The notes beneath the pieces are model-generated. The model did not search any database. It was not told where the DNA came from and saw nothing but the letters and a program-made list of their open reading frames with translations. Positions 1 to 11,682 of a DNA stretch of 64,000 nt are shown here, in pieces (position 1 is the stretch's first letter; each line of letters begins with the position of its first letter). The stretch lies in the NCBI RefSeq assembly GCF_006345805.1, contig NC_043007.1, positions 23,560,001 through 23,624,000 on the forward strand, given 5' to 3'. The DNA is from Octopus sinensis (Eukaryota). The position numbers and the translations under genes are program-made.

Positions 1-89
1 TATGTATGCCTCTGTATGTATATATATATATATATATATAAGAGGAAAAAATCTATCAGAAAGGAACTCTATCTCTCTTAAAAAAATTT

Positions 90-340
90 CTTTTGATAAG
101 CATAACAAATGCGCAACGGTAAAAAGAACTTTCACCTAATTAAATTACTTAAATTACTTAAATTATTTTGTCAGCATTTTCTTCATTTCCTTTTATATTA
201 ATATATATATATATATCATATATATATAAAAGGAATGAAGAAAATGCTGACAAATAATTTAAGTAATTTAAGTAATTTAATTAGGTGAAAGTTCTTTTTA
301 CTGTTGCGCATTGTTATGCTTTTGTTATGCTTATCAAAAG
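90..340. repeat. Long foldback palindrome centred on (TA)n
   Basis: ~110-bp near-perfect inverted arms. Confidence 0.9.
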
Positions 341-967
341 ACTTTACCTTTCATCCTTTCGGAGGTCGATAAAATAAGTAACAGTTGAGCACTGGGGTCG
401 ATGTAATCGACTCATCCACCCCCGCCCCCATATACGTATATGAGTGTGTGCATGTGTGTGTATGCGTATGTATGTGTATATGTATTTATGTCCGTGTGTG
501 TGCGCGCAGGTGCGTTTGAGGGAAAATGAAGTGGGAAGCTGAGCATTAAACAGTAATTCTGAATCGTTCAATAAGTGACGAGAGAAAATTCTCGTGTTGA
601 TCTCCGATTCTGTTTGTTTCATATTTTATAATGTACCCGGAACAACCTTTATATCCAAAGCGATAATTAGAAGCTTTCTATATTTTACAACGTAGCCAGA
701 GCATCGTTATAATAAGTGCAAGCATGTATGTGGTCACTCAGTCTTCGAGAAATACCAGCCAAATCTGTTATAAATTACAATGCATTTATTTGATCAACCG
801 GGAAACTTTGGATAAGGTAGTTGTAGATATGCAATATCTGAGATCATGACAGAATCGTCCTACCTGGAACACTACTGATCACCGTGTGGGGTGGGGTTTG
901 TGTGTACGCATGTGGATATATGTATACTATATATACAAGCTTATATATATATACAAGCTTATATAAG

Positions 968-1134
968 AGGCGGCGAGCTGGCAGAAACGATAGCGCGCCG
1001 GGCGAAATGCTTACCGGTATTTCGTCTGCCGTTACGTTCTGAGTTCAAATTCCGCCGAGGTCGACTTTGCCTTTCATCCTTTCGGGGTCGATAAATTAAG
1101 TACCAGTTAGACACTGGGGTCGATATAATCGACG
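968..1134 (+). mobile_element. SINE family A (ggcggcgagctggcagaa head; core resembling the Meta-SINE domain)
   Basis: B box gagttcaaattcc; core gaggtcgactttgcctttcatcctttcggggtcgataaa; more than 25 copies or fragments in the window. Confidence 0.85.
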
Positions 1135-1195
1135 ATTCTAACAGCTTCCCGCCTTAATTATAATTATTTTTATTATGATTATTATTATTATTTCA

Positions 1196-1320
1196 ATTTT
1201 TTGCCACAAGAGCAGCTTGGGGGCGGGGGTAGATGAGTCGATTACATCGACCCCAGTGCTCAACTGTTACTTATTTTATCGACCTCCGAAAGGATGAAAG
1301 GTAAAGTCGACCTCGGCAAA
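1196..1320 (-). mobile_element. SINE family A fragment
   Basis: Core on the minus strand. Confidence 0.75.
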
Positions 1321-1328
1321 AGTTGAGC

Positions 1329-1370
<42 letters not shown>

Positions 1371-1534
1371 TGATAATATCGAGTGAACGATATTTCGAAA
1401 TCTTGTCTATCTTCAACAGGTTCAAAAAATAATTTTGTCAATCTACTTCATTTTGGTTATTTTATAAAGGATTGAGGTAACTCTTCCAGAAGGTATAGAG
1501 TCAAAATTAAAAGAGTGCCATTCTTATCTTGTGT

Positions 1535-1587
<53 letters not shown>

Positions 1588-2144
1588 GAGTGAGAGAGCA
1601 GTTCATGCCATCAAAGTGACACTGGGGTAAAATATACGAAGCCCAATATACCCATCATGACTACCCGTCTGCTAAAGGTACACCAAGCACACGCATCACA
1701 ACCATATGTGCGCGACATGGTGATCTCATATCAAGATAAACAGCACATGACCTTGCAGGTGGGGCCCAGTTAGAATTTTCTTCTTCAGGTTGAGTAGCCC
1801 ATCCCGCTCAAACGGTCCCTGAATAAGGGTTGTTTAAGGATGTTGAGAAACCACCCATGTTTCCAGAGGTGAACTATTCAACCCCAAACAATCCCTCTCA
1901 ACACATGGCTATGATGCTCCCCCACTACTTCTGCTCGTGATCAGAGATGCACATATTGTCAGCCACTAAGGGACATGCTCAACTGGTTATGGTCAAACAA
2001 CTGACAAGCAAATCTGTGGTATTGAGCAGAATATTTGCTGTAGCCCATCTTTTATACCAAGACAAAACAATGTACATGATAACACTTCCATCAGTTAAGA
2101 TCAGAAGCCATGAGAGCCACTGCCGGTACTGCATCAGGGCATTT
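1588..2144 (-). mobile_element. ~555-bp non-coding retroposon with (AAT)n tail, copy 1
   Basis: Three homologous copies in the window with a shared 3' end ctctctcactcaataataat, variable 5' truncation and (TAA)n-type flanks. Confidence 0.8.
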
Positions 2145-2152
2145 TTATTATA

Positions 2153-2207
<55 letters not shown>

Positions 2208-2417
2208 AATAATAATAATATAATAATAATAATAATATAATTAATAATAATAATAATATAATATATAAAGGATTGAGGTAACTCCTCCAGAAGACATAGA
2301 ATCAAAATTAAAAGAAGAGTGCCATTGTTATCTAATTTTGACTCTATATCTTCTGGGGGAGTTACCTCAATCCTTTATAAAATAACCAAAATAAAGTAGA
2401 TTGACAAAATTATTTTT

Positions 2418-2458
2418 TGAGCCTGTTGAAGACACACAAGATGTCGAAATATCGTTCA
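2418..2458 (+). ncRNA. Minimal type I hammerhead-like motif with non-canonical core (CUGUUGA)
   Basis: Stem I TGAGC/GTTCA, core CTGTTGA plus A, stem II GACA-cacaaga-TGTC, GAA, palindromic stem III ATAT, C17. A second copy lies at 1384-1424 (-). Confidence 0.5.
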
Positions 2459-2604
2459 CTAGATAACAATGGCACTCTTCTTTTAATTTTGACTCTATAT
2501 CTTCTGGAGGAGTTACCTCAATCCTTTATAAATTACTAATAATAATATTAATAATAATAATGATAATAATAATAATAATAATAATAACAATGATGATAAT
2601 AATA

Positions 2605-2654
<50 letters not shown>

Positions 2655-3143
2655 GCATACACTTTCGTTGTTATATATCACTTAATACACGCACGCACAC
2701 AAACAACACACACACACACACACATACACTCATAAGTATACGTATATACAGTGAATATACATATATAATATATTAGCTGTGAATACATCAGTTAATATAT
2801 CATTTATTATAAACCTCGCATTTCTTCTTTGCCACAGCATGACAAACACTCGTTCTTTAGAATTAAATCTACTTGCAATTGCGGGTGTCCGCAAGCATCG
2901 ACTGTGGGATAGCAACGTATCACAATGAGGTGATGTCAATTTATGATATCAACTGGTCTCGCATGAAAACAGCAATAGAAGTAGAGAATAAAGAACTAAT
3001 AATAAACTATAAAAGAATCTAAATTATATAATTAAATATATTAGCTTACAGCGATTTCGAATGAGAAGAAGACAATGCGAAGTAATGAGTAGTGCTTTAT
3101 TAACGTCATTTCCACGGAACTAGAATATGTTTAACTGAGAAAG

Positions 3144-3156
3144 ACCAGATAGGTAT

Positions 3157-3196
<40 letters not shown>

Positions 3197-3330
3197 GTAG
3201 GTAGGTAGGTAGGTAGGTAGGTATGTAGGTATGTAGATAGGTAGGTAGGTAGGTAGGTATATAGGTAGGTAGGTAGGTAGGTAGGTAGGTAGGTAGGTAG
3301 GTAGATATAGATATATATGTATTGATATAC

Positions 3331-3369
<39 letters not shown>

Positions 3370-3424
3370 TAGGTAGGTAGGTAGGTAGGTAGATATAGAT
3401 ATATATGTATTGATATACATATAC

Positions 3425-3462
<38 letters not shown>

Positions 3463-3546
3463 AGGTAGGTAGGTAGGTAGGTAGGTAGGTAGGTAGGTAG
3501 GTAGGTAGATAGATAGGTAGATATAGATATATATGTATAGATATAC

Positions 3547-3605
<59 letters not shown>

Positions 3606-3675
3606 TAGGTAGATAGGTAGATATAGATATATATAGAGAGAGAGAGAGATATGTAGATAGATAGATAGATTGATT
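3144..3675. repeat. Compound (GATA)/(GGTA)/(TA)/(GA) microsatellite with higher-order duplication
   Basis: Direct inspection. Confidence 0.9.
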
Positions 3676-4008
3676 GATAGATGTACACACACACATATAT
3701 ATATATATATTATATACATACATACACCCTAAAATATGTGTATGTCTGCATGTGAGTATAGGGGTGGGGGTGTATAAACGCTTTTCAAAATGAATACCTT
3801 CATTCTGACTCTGAGAATGTGGAGTGAATAGAGCAACGCTCATTACTTGGTATTGTTCTGTCATCTCTCCTGAAACAGCTGTAAGGTAATATATTTAATT
3901 ATGTAATTCATGTTCTTTTGTCATTTTCAATTATTAATATATATGTGTGTGTGTGTATGTGTGCGTGTGTGCGTGTTATATTTAGATTATGTGTATTAAA
4001 TGTGTGTA

Positions 4009-4059
<51 letters not shown>

Positions 4060-4744
4060 GTTATTATGCTGAAAGACAAAATTGCTTTTACATTTAAAAA
4101 CAAATTAAATTGCCATAACAACAAGAATAATGGTAATAATAGTAAAATAATAAGAATAATAAAATTAATAATAATAATAGTACAATTTATTATAAAAACA
4201 TTATTATTAAAACAATATTATCACAATAACAATGATATTTGTGACCAATAAAAGAAACCATTATTGCAATTATAATAATACAAGGGGAAAAACAAAATTA
4301 TTCTATAGAATTTATCAATGATCATCGTATAAGCAACACATTAAGATACCGAGTAATACTTAAATCCTTTAATGAAATTTACTTTGTATATCGTTTCACC
4401 TTGTCTATATATTAATTGGTGGTAGGATTACCATCCGACTAAAGAAAATTCATTCAACGGAAAGTCGGTTCGCTCATACGAAAACGATGGAACAAACAGA
4501 TACTATCTTTTATCTTTTTATTTGTGTTAGTCGGGGGACTGTGGCCATGCTGGTGCACCACCTTGAAACGTTTAGTCGAAAGAATTGACTTTTGTACTTG
4601 TGTTTTAAATCTGGTAATTATTCTATCGATTTCTTTGACCGAACAGCTAAGTTACCGGGACGTAAAGAAACCAAAGCCGTTTGTCATGACGCGCGCACAC
4701 GTACGCACACATACATACATGTGTGCGTGTGTACGTGTGTGTGT

Positions 4745-5000
4745 GAGGGCACATGGTTGAGTGGTTAGGGCGTTGCACTCATGATCGCTAGACCGTGATT
4801 TCTGTTCCTAGACCGAGTGGTGCGTTGTGTTCTTCAATAAAACACTTCATCTCACCTTGCTCTGCGATCACTTCGACACCTGACACCTGGCACACAGTAC
4901 GACTGTTCTAACAACGTTGATTTGATGGAGAGAGCGAACTAATGTGTGGCATGAACATTTGATCATTGTAAACAAATCTTGTGCAGTTCATTGGAATATG
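4745..5000 (+). mobile_element. Older tRNA-headed SINE (family D)
   Basis: Head gtggttagggcgttgcactcatgatcgctag shared with 22748; related to 39180. Confidence 0.6.
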
Positions 5001-5032
5001 TCATATTCGACGAGAGAATCCGTCATATATAT

Positions 5033-5468
<436 letters not shown>

Positions 5469-5727
5469 TAATGGTATTATTATTTAAATACCTTTACGAG
5501 TGGCAAGCGAATTATCAGCCGTACAGGGGCAAATTAATAAAATATATACATACAGTAGAGGTAAGGTGTTCACTGATATTTTTTCCTATCATGTCTGCAA
5601 CAGATTTGTGACTATTCCGTGGTACAGAAGCATTTTTGACTTCTATTTTTTAGCGATGTAGGTACTTGTGTAGTGCCCTTGTGTATATATGTACATATCT
5701 AATATTGTATGAATATATTCTATATAG

Positions 5728-5759
<32 letters not shown>

Positions 5760-5864
5760 ATATATATATAATTTTAAATCCAAACGGGAAACAAAAAAAC
5801 AACAACAAAGGAACAATTACAGTATTATTATTAATTCCGCTCAGGAAAAGGAAGCAGGAGGTAT

Positions 5865-5891
5865 GACGTTTCGAGCGGAGCTCTTCGTCGG
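5865..5891 (-). ncRNA. Minimal hammerhead-like motif (CCGACGA core) in a Penelope-like terminal repeat remnant
   Basis: Minus strand reads CCGACGA-A-GAGC-tcc-GCTC-GAA-ACGT-C; stem I pairs at 3 of 4 positions. Confidence 0.5.
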
Positions 5892-5932
5892 AAACATAAA
5901 GAAGGAAGAGAGAGGATATATATATATAAATA

Positions 5933-5972
<40 letters not shown>

Positions 5973-5974
<2 letters not shown>

Positions 5975-6169
5975 ATATTAAATTAGAGATAAAACCACTA
6001 TTAGGCAAATCAAACAATGAAAAACTTAAGCCAATACATAAAAAATAAATTAATTTATATACTTTTGATATATATTTAAAATAATATTAATTAATTAATT
6101 TTATGTATTGGCTTAAGTTTTTGATTGTTTGATTTGCCTAATAGTGTTTTTATCTCTAATTTAATATAA
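5973..6169. repeat. Foldback palindrome beside (TA)n
   Basis: ~80-bp inverted arms. Confidence 0.9.
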
Positions 6170-6262
6170 TATAATATTTTACTATAAAATTGGATTCAAT
6201 CCTAAATCTGATTTTTCCCTGTAAGTTTGGATTTTTCCCTAATATTTATTATTAATAAAATA

Positions 6263-6303
<41 letters not shown>

Positions 6304-6542
6304 CGTACTCACAAACACACGAATGTGTGTTTTTTTTTTTTTCGACATGCTATGGTTGTCGAGATATATTTTGATACTAAGAGAAACTAATAACAATATT
6401 TTGCTGTTAATTCATTCTTTCTTCACCGCCTTTTTACAAACATGACAATAACAGGAACAAATTCGGTGTTGCTATCAATAGAAAAAGTATTAATATTATT
6501 GTGACTTTAAACCTACACGGTCGCTTCCTACTGTCTACTTAC

Positions 6543-6613
6543 TTGTGAATTGTAAATTGACAAGATGTTTACTCCTAATAAATCATAAAAGCCGCCATAA
6601 CAATTTTTGAAAG
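6543..6613 (-). other. Candidate internal exon (xFKNCYGGFYDLLGVNILSIYNSQ)
   Basis: Acceptor tgttttgcttttcAG and donor caa|GTAAGT with one open frame; no homology recognised. Confidence 0.3.
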
Positions 6614-6867
6614 CTGAAAAGCAAAACATTTCCTATCATATTTATCTTCCACAAATTCGTTAATTCTTTATTTCACGTTCTTTTACTCACTCTCTTTCTT
6701 TTTCTCAGCTATTTACTTTCATTCTTTCATTACCTTTCCTTCTTATATAAGAAGGAAAACATTGAACTTTCCTTCTATCACTTTCTTACCTTTTTTTTTT
6801 TATTTTCAGTTGCTCTTCTCTCTTCTCTTCTTTTCATCTTGCTTCATCTTTGCTCTCTTCGCTCTCG

Positions 6868-6899
<32 letters not shown>

Positions 6900-6914
6900 T
6901 TCTCTCTCTCTCTT

Positions 6915-6953
<39 letters not shown>

Positions 6954-7332
6954 TTCTTTCTTCTCCTTCATCTCTCTTTCCCTCTCTCACTCTATCTCTC
7001 TTTTATGACTTGCCTTCCAAACGAACGCAAGCATTATTACGTCATTTCAGAAAGGTGAAGCTATGACTTCTCCCAAGATGGCATTGTTTACTGAGAAATA
7101 TATCACGGCGAGTCGAGTAAATATTTGATAGTCTCGGCAGACAAAGCAGCAAATTTGTTACCACGAAGAACGTCGAGGATGATTCGCTAAAAAAAAAGCC
7201 ATCCCATTCTCGTGTGACTTATTCTTGTGGATGGAAATCTTCACCTCGTTCAAACTAAGGGGGTGGCTCAGGGGTTCAGGGTGCTGAACGCTTTCACTAC
7301 TTTGGGTTCTACAACAAACTTTCACTTCTTTG

Positions 7333-7402
<70 letters not shown>

Positions 7403-7780
7403 AGTAAATGTAGGGATAAGCAAATTAGACGGATCAATATATAAAGTATACTAAATACATGCATGAAATACAAAAATGTATATATGCATAAATATAAAAA
7501 GGTCTGACTTATACAGAGTACATATGATATACAGAGTTAAAGGGGTTGATGAAAAGTATTACAAATCCAACACCTGTTTCTGGAGGGAAGGGAGTTTTAT
7601 TTGTTCTTAAGTGGTGTTCGCGCACACACACACACACATTAACGATCGCACAAACAGAATAGGTTTTTTTATACGCCGAATCTGCTGCATCCATACATAC
7701 TACATACATACATACATACATACATACATACATACATACAACATACATACATACATATGTATATATACGGTATCCTGAAT

Positions 7781-7830
<50 letters not shown>

Positions 7831-8479
7831 TATATATATTCCTGGACGTCCAATAACACTATACTTGTTCCACGTCCTCGCGTTGTTGTGTTTTGTCTTT
7901 GTGTTTTCATGTTTCGATTAACTTTATATATATATACATATTCATATATATATACATACAGATAGATAGAGAGAGAGATAAATGGATGGATGGGCGGGTG
8001 GATGGATATATAGATAGACAGACAGACATACATATATTTATTTTGTTTCCTGTTCATTTCAAGCGTATGTGGCTCTTGTTCCTTCCTAATGGCCCGAGAT
8101 GTATTGATGACGTTTCATGAACTGCGTGTTTTTTTGAAAATAGGAGCTTAACGCAGAAGAAAATTGATCCCTAATTCCAGTAGTAAATAGTCGCGCACGA
8201 GCGAGCGTGTGTTTGTGTGCAACCGGTGTTTGTTTGTTTACGTCTCCATAACTTAGCAGTTCTGCAAAAGATGGCCGACATAGTAAGCAGTTTAAAAAAC
8301 TATGGAATGTGGTATATCTGTTCGGCTAAAAGCTTCAAGGTGATGCCACCGCATGGCTGCAATCCAATGATTGATACAAGTATAAGATAAAAGACAAAAG
8401 ATGTATATACTTTGTGTGTGTGTATGTATACACACATACATACATACATACGCTCTTCCGTACGTACGTGTATCTATGC

Positions 8480-8569
<90 letters not shown>

Positions 8570-8648
8570 GAGCTTCCTGAAGATTTCATCTGAATGAAAC
8601 AGTTCTAGTCCTGTAGAAGCTCCTTCTATAAAATAAATATATATATAT

Positions 8649-8705
<57 letters not shown>

Positions 8706-9383
8706 ACATATAATATTTAATTTTGTGTATATATCTGTATATGCACGCGCGTGTTTGTGTCGCTGCTTCGATGTAATATTTTTTTAACCGTTTTGTTTCT
8801 GATGAAGAAAATTTATTGGGTTTTTTTTTTTTCCTTTTCATGTTATATTTTATAGCTAGCATCTTCTCTATATCAGAGACCAAGAAGAATTTCTAGTCAC
8901 GCACAAAATAAAAGATATTTAGAAATCTTGACCCATTAAATATTACTCTACAATTTATTTAGCCATTGATACGCTAGAACTGAACAAAAATCTGCATGTC
9001 ATTTGGCTAGTAAATTGTTCAAGAGATAATCACGGTATATTTAAATAAATCCCAGTGGATAGTGAAAGGAAACGCAAATCCAGACCAAATTTAGATATTT
9101 AGGGCTTACGCGTTCTGCAGTTTGCAAAATGATAAACCGAAGCAGGTTGGAAAAGAAAATCCACATATTACTTACGAATGTGCGATTGCATAAATTGCAT
9201 AAATTTAGTTATTCAGTAACATGCTTAATGTCTGTGTCTTAAGTTTTGCACACAACTTATGTATGTGTGTGTTTGTGTGTGTGTGTATGGATACATAAAA
9301 TATACATACACATGTAATAACATTATATATATGCAAGTATATGATATGCATATATGTATATATATATATATATAGTATATATT

Positions 9384-9430
<47 letters not shown>

Positions 9431-9573
9431 ATAAATATATATATAAAATTATATATATAATTAATATATATATGTAATGATATATATAATTAATATATAT
9501 ATATATATAATATATATATGTAATGATATATAATTATATATATATATATATATATATATGTGTTGTTGTAATG

Positions 9574-9610
<37 letters not shown>

Positions 9611-9661
9611 ATATGATGATATAATATATATATATTATATATATATATAATTATTTTTATA

Positions 9662-9704
<43 letters not shown>

Positions 9705-10079
9705 GATATAATATATATGTGTGTGTGTTTATAAAATATATGAGTGAGTAATATATTCATACATATTGCAATATATTTACTTTTGGGAATTTCTAAATAC
9801 ATAGATACATGCACACACACACACACACATACACACATAAATATATATATATATGAATATAGGCACGCACAATACATACGCATGCGCATACATATTTCGT
9901 GTATTTGTGTCTGTTTGGCTGTGTTCAATAATGCCAAAGCTCTGTACTTCTGTCTATCGTGTACTTCCTCAGATCGATATGCTTGATCGATAATTTACAT
10001 TCAATAAACTTCTGAATTCTAAACCATGCTAATTGTTTTATTAAGTCTAAACTCACCCTGTAATTTTCTCTGCTTGTAG

Positions 10080-10130
10080 GAAAAATCCCGGAGGACTTAC
10101 TGGCTTTTAGGCTCCCTAAATTCTACGTAG
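10080..10130 (+). other. Candidate short cyclase-like terminal exon (EKSRRTYWLLGSLNST*)
   Basis: Acceptor taattttctctgcttgtAG, phase 0. RTYWLLG matches the receptor guanylyl cyclase motif GKGKVRTYWLLG but is one residue short and lacks GKG. ATTAAA lies ~20 nt after the stop. Confidence 0.3.
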
Positions 10131-10404
10131 TAAAAGGTTTTTACCTAGAAAGGTGCTATTCTGGATTTAATTAAATAAGATATTTTCAATTTTTTTTTTA
10201 AATCTTATAATCTAATACTTGCCTCTTGATGGATTGCTTTTGTCTTTTTTAACTTTTGTCCTGCTCATACTAACGTGTTTATGTGCTTATGTCTGTGTGT
10301 CGCCGTTTAAAGCGTGTTGTTGCCGTGGTGGTCATGGTTGATGTTGTTGCCTGTTTTGCTAATGATATAAGGAATGGCAGTGTCGATGGTGGTAGTAGTG
10401 CGGT

Positions 10405-10794
10405 AGTGGAGGCGCAATGGCCCAGTGGTTAGGGCAGCAGACTCGCGGTCATAGGATCACGGTTTCGATTCCCAGACCGGGCGTTGTGAGTGTTTATTGA
10501 GCGAAAACACCTAAAGCTCCACAAGGCTCCGGCAGGGGGTGGTGGTGATCCCTGCTGTACTCTTTCACCACAACTTTCTCTCACTCTTACTTCCTGTTTC
10601 TGTTGTACCTGTATTTCAAGGGGCCGACCTTGTCACTCTCTGTGTCACGCTGAATATCCCCGAGAACTACGTTAAGGGTACACGTGTATGTGGAGTGCTC
10701 AGCCACTTACACGTTAATTTCACGAACAGACTGTTCCGTTGATTCGGATCAACCGGAACCCTCATCGTCGTAACCGACGGAGTGCTTCCATCCC
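10405..10794 (+). mobile_element. SINE family C (tRNA-Arg-like head), tail type 1
   Basis: A box tggcccagtgg, B box ggtttcgattccc; 11-bp TSD agtagtgcggt. Confidence 0.9.
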
Positions 10795-11033
10795 AGTAGT
10801 GCGGTGCTGCTCCTGCCGTTGCTTCCTGGTGAGTAAACCCGGTGTCTGGGCACAGATATACCGAATCCGGAATTTATCTTCAGGCTGATGCTTTGTCCGT
10901 CCGAGTAACGTTCTTATTGAAGTGCCTTGAAACGTCTAGATTTTCCAACGTCAAAAGCTTCTCGAAAATCTTGTTGAGGGAACCTTAGCAGCTAGATTAA
11001 ACTTATTTCTAACATAAGCGCAAAGGCCTGAAA

Positions 11034-11682
11034 TAGTGGTTCGCAACCAGGGACCATACGACCCCTGAGGTCCACATAAGATTTTGGGAGTGTCTATGCA
11101 AGCAAAATAGAAAAAAATGGAGATTCTCTGTAGTATTTTAAGGGTCCATGAAAAAGATCCTGCTTTAGATGTATTTATTGCAAGAAACAGGTTTCTTTCT
11201 CTAGCTATTTACATAGTTCAACATGTTTTCAACCACTGAAACATGTTCTCTCAGAGGATACTCGATCAAAATCCCCCGGCAGTCAATAGCCCGCAGGATA
11301 TTGTTCTTTCTTTAATAAATATATTTTAGGAAAGTGAAATTTTATAAAAAAAATTTTTTTTTATATTTATTAGTTGATATTTTTGTGTAAAATTTGTCCG
11401 GGGCGATTTTATCATCGGGGGACTTTGTCATCAGGTGAATTTTGTCCTTGGAGGGATTTTGTCCTCAAGGAGGGATTTTGTTCTGATACCCTCTCAGAGA
11501 GTGCCATTGCAAACCTGCACAAGTGAATGTGTGAAAGCAAAACAAGAATTTTGAAAGAAGCATCAATAAAACTACTTATTAAACACCAGATGGATATGAG
11601 GGTGGGCCACCAGAATAAAACAGTAATGAAAGGGGTCCATAAGTAAAAAAAATGATTAAAAAAAAGCAGTTGAGCACCATCG
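11034..11682. mobile_element. hAT-type MITE containing a nested MULE-like MITE
   Basis: Ends tagtggttcgcaacc / gttgagcaccatcg; 8-bp TSD gcctgaaa / gcctaaaa (7/8 match). Confidence 0.65.
11257..11490. mobile_element. MULE-like MITE with 9-bp TSD
   Basis: Perfect TSD ctctcagag (11248-56 and 11491-99); imperfect 18-bp TIRs (13/18); internal ggagggattttgtcc-like repeats. Confidence 0.7.

Larger units (their letters stand above)
1381..2530. repeat. Direct and inverted copies of a ~150-bp monomer (P+Q) flanking the 555-bp element
   Basis: PQ at 1381-1529; Q at ~2268-2332; inverted Q-P-Q at 2333-2530. Confidence 0.85.

Noticed and set aside
2071-2144. U2-derived head for the 555-bp element
   Set aside because: Only short scattered matches (tgcagtacc, taagatca), not colinear with U2.
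2841-2900. SECIS, U2 snRNA, H/ACA snoRNA or twister assignment for the two-hairpin motif
   Set aside because: Required elements (SECIS GA quartet spacing, U2 stem-loop IV loop, H box, twister GGUCCCAAGCCC core) are absent.
3106-3864. 252/199/187-aa ORFs
   Set aside because: Translations of (TAGA)/(TAGG)/(TA)/(GA) microsatellites, which lack stops in these frames.
10405-10475. Functional tRNA genes at SINE heads (also 34778, 52159, 29448)
   Set aside because: The heads continue into SINE bodies with TSDs and lack a complete cloverleaf.
10490-10742. Recurrent 60-70-aa ORFs (MFIERKHLK..., MVVIPAVLF...) at 10490, 34862 and 51822
   Set aside because: They recur only because they lie inside SINE family C copies.
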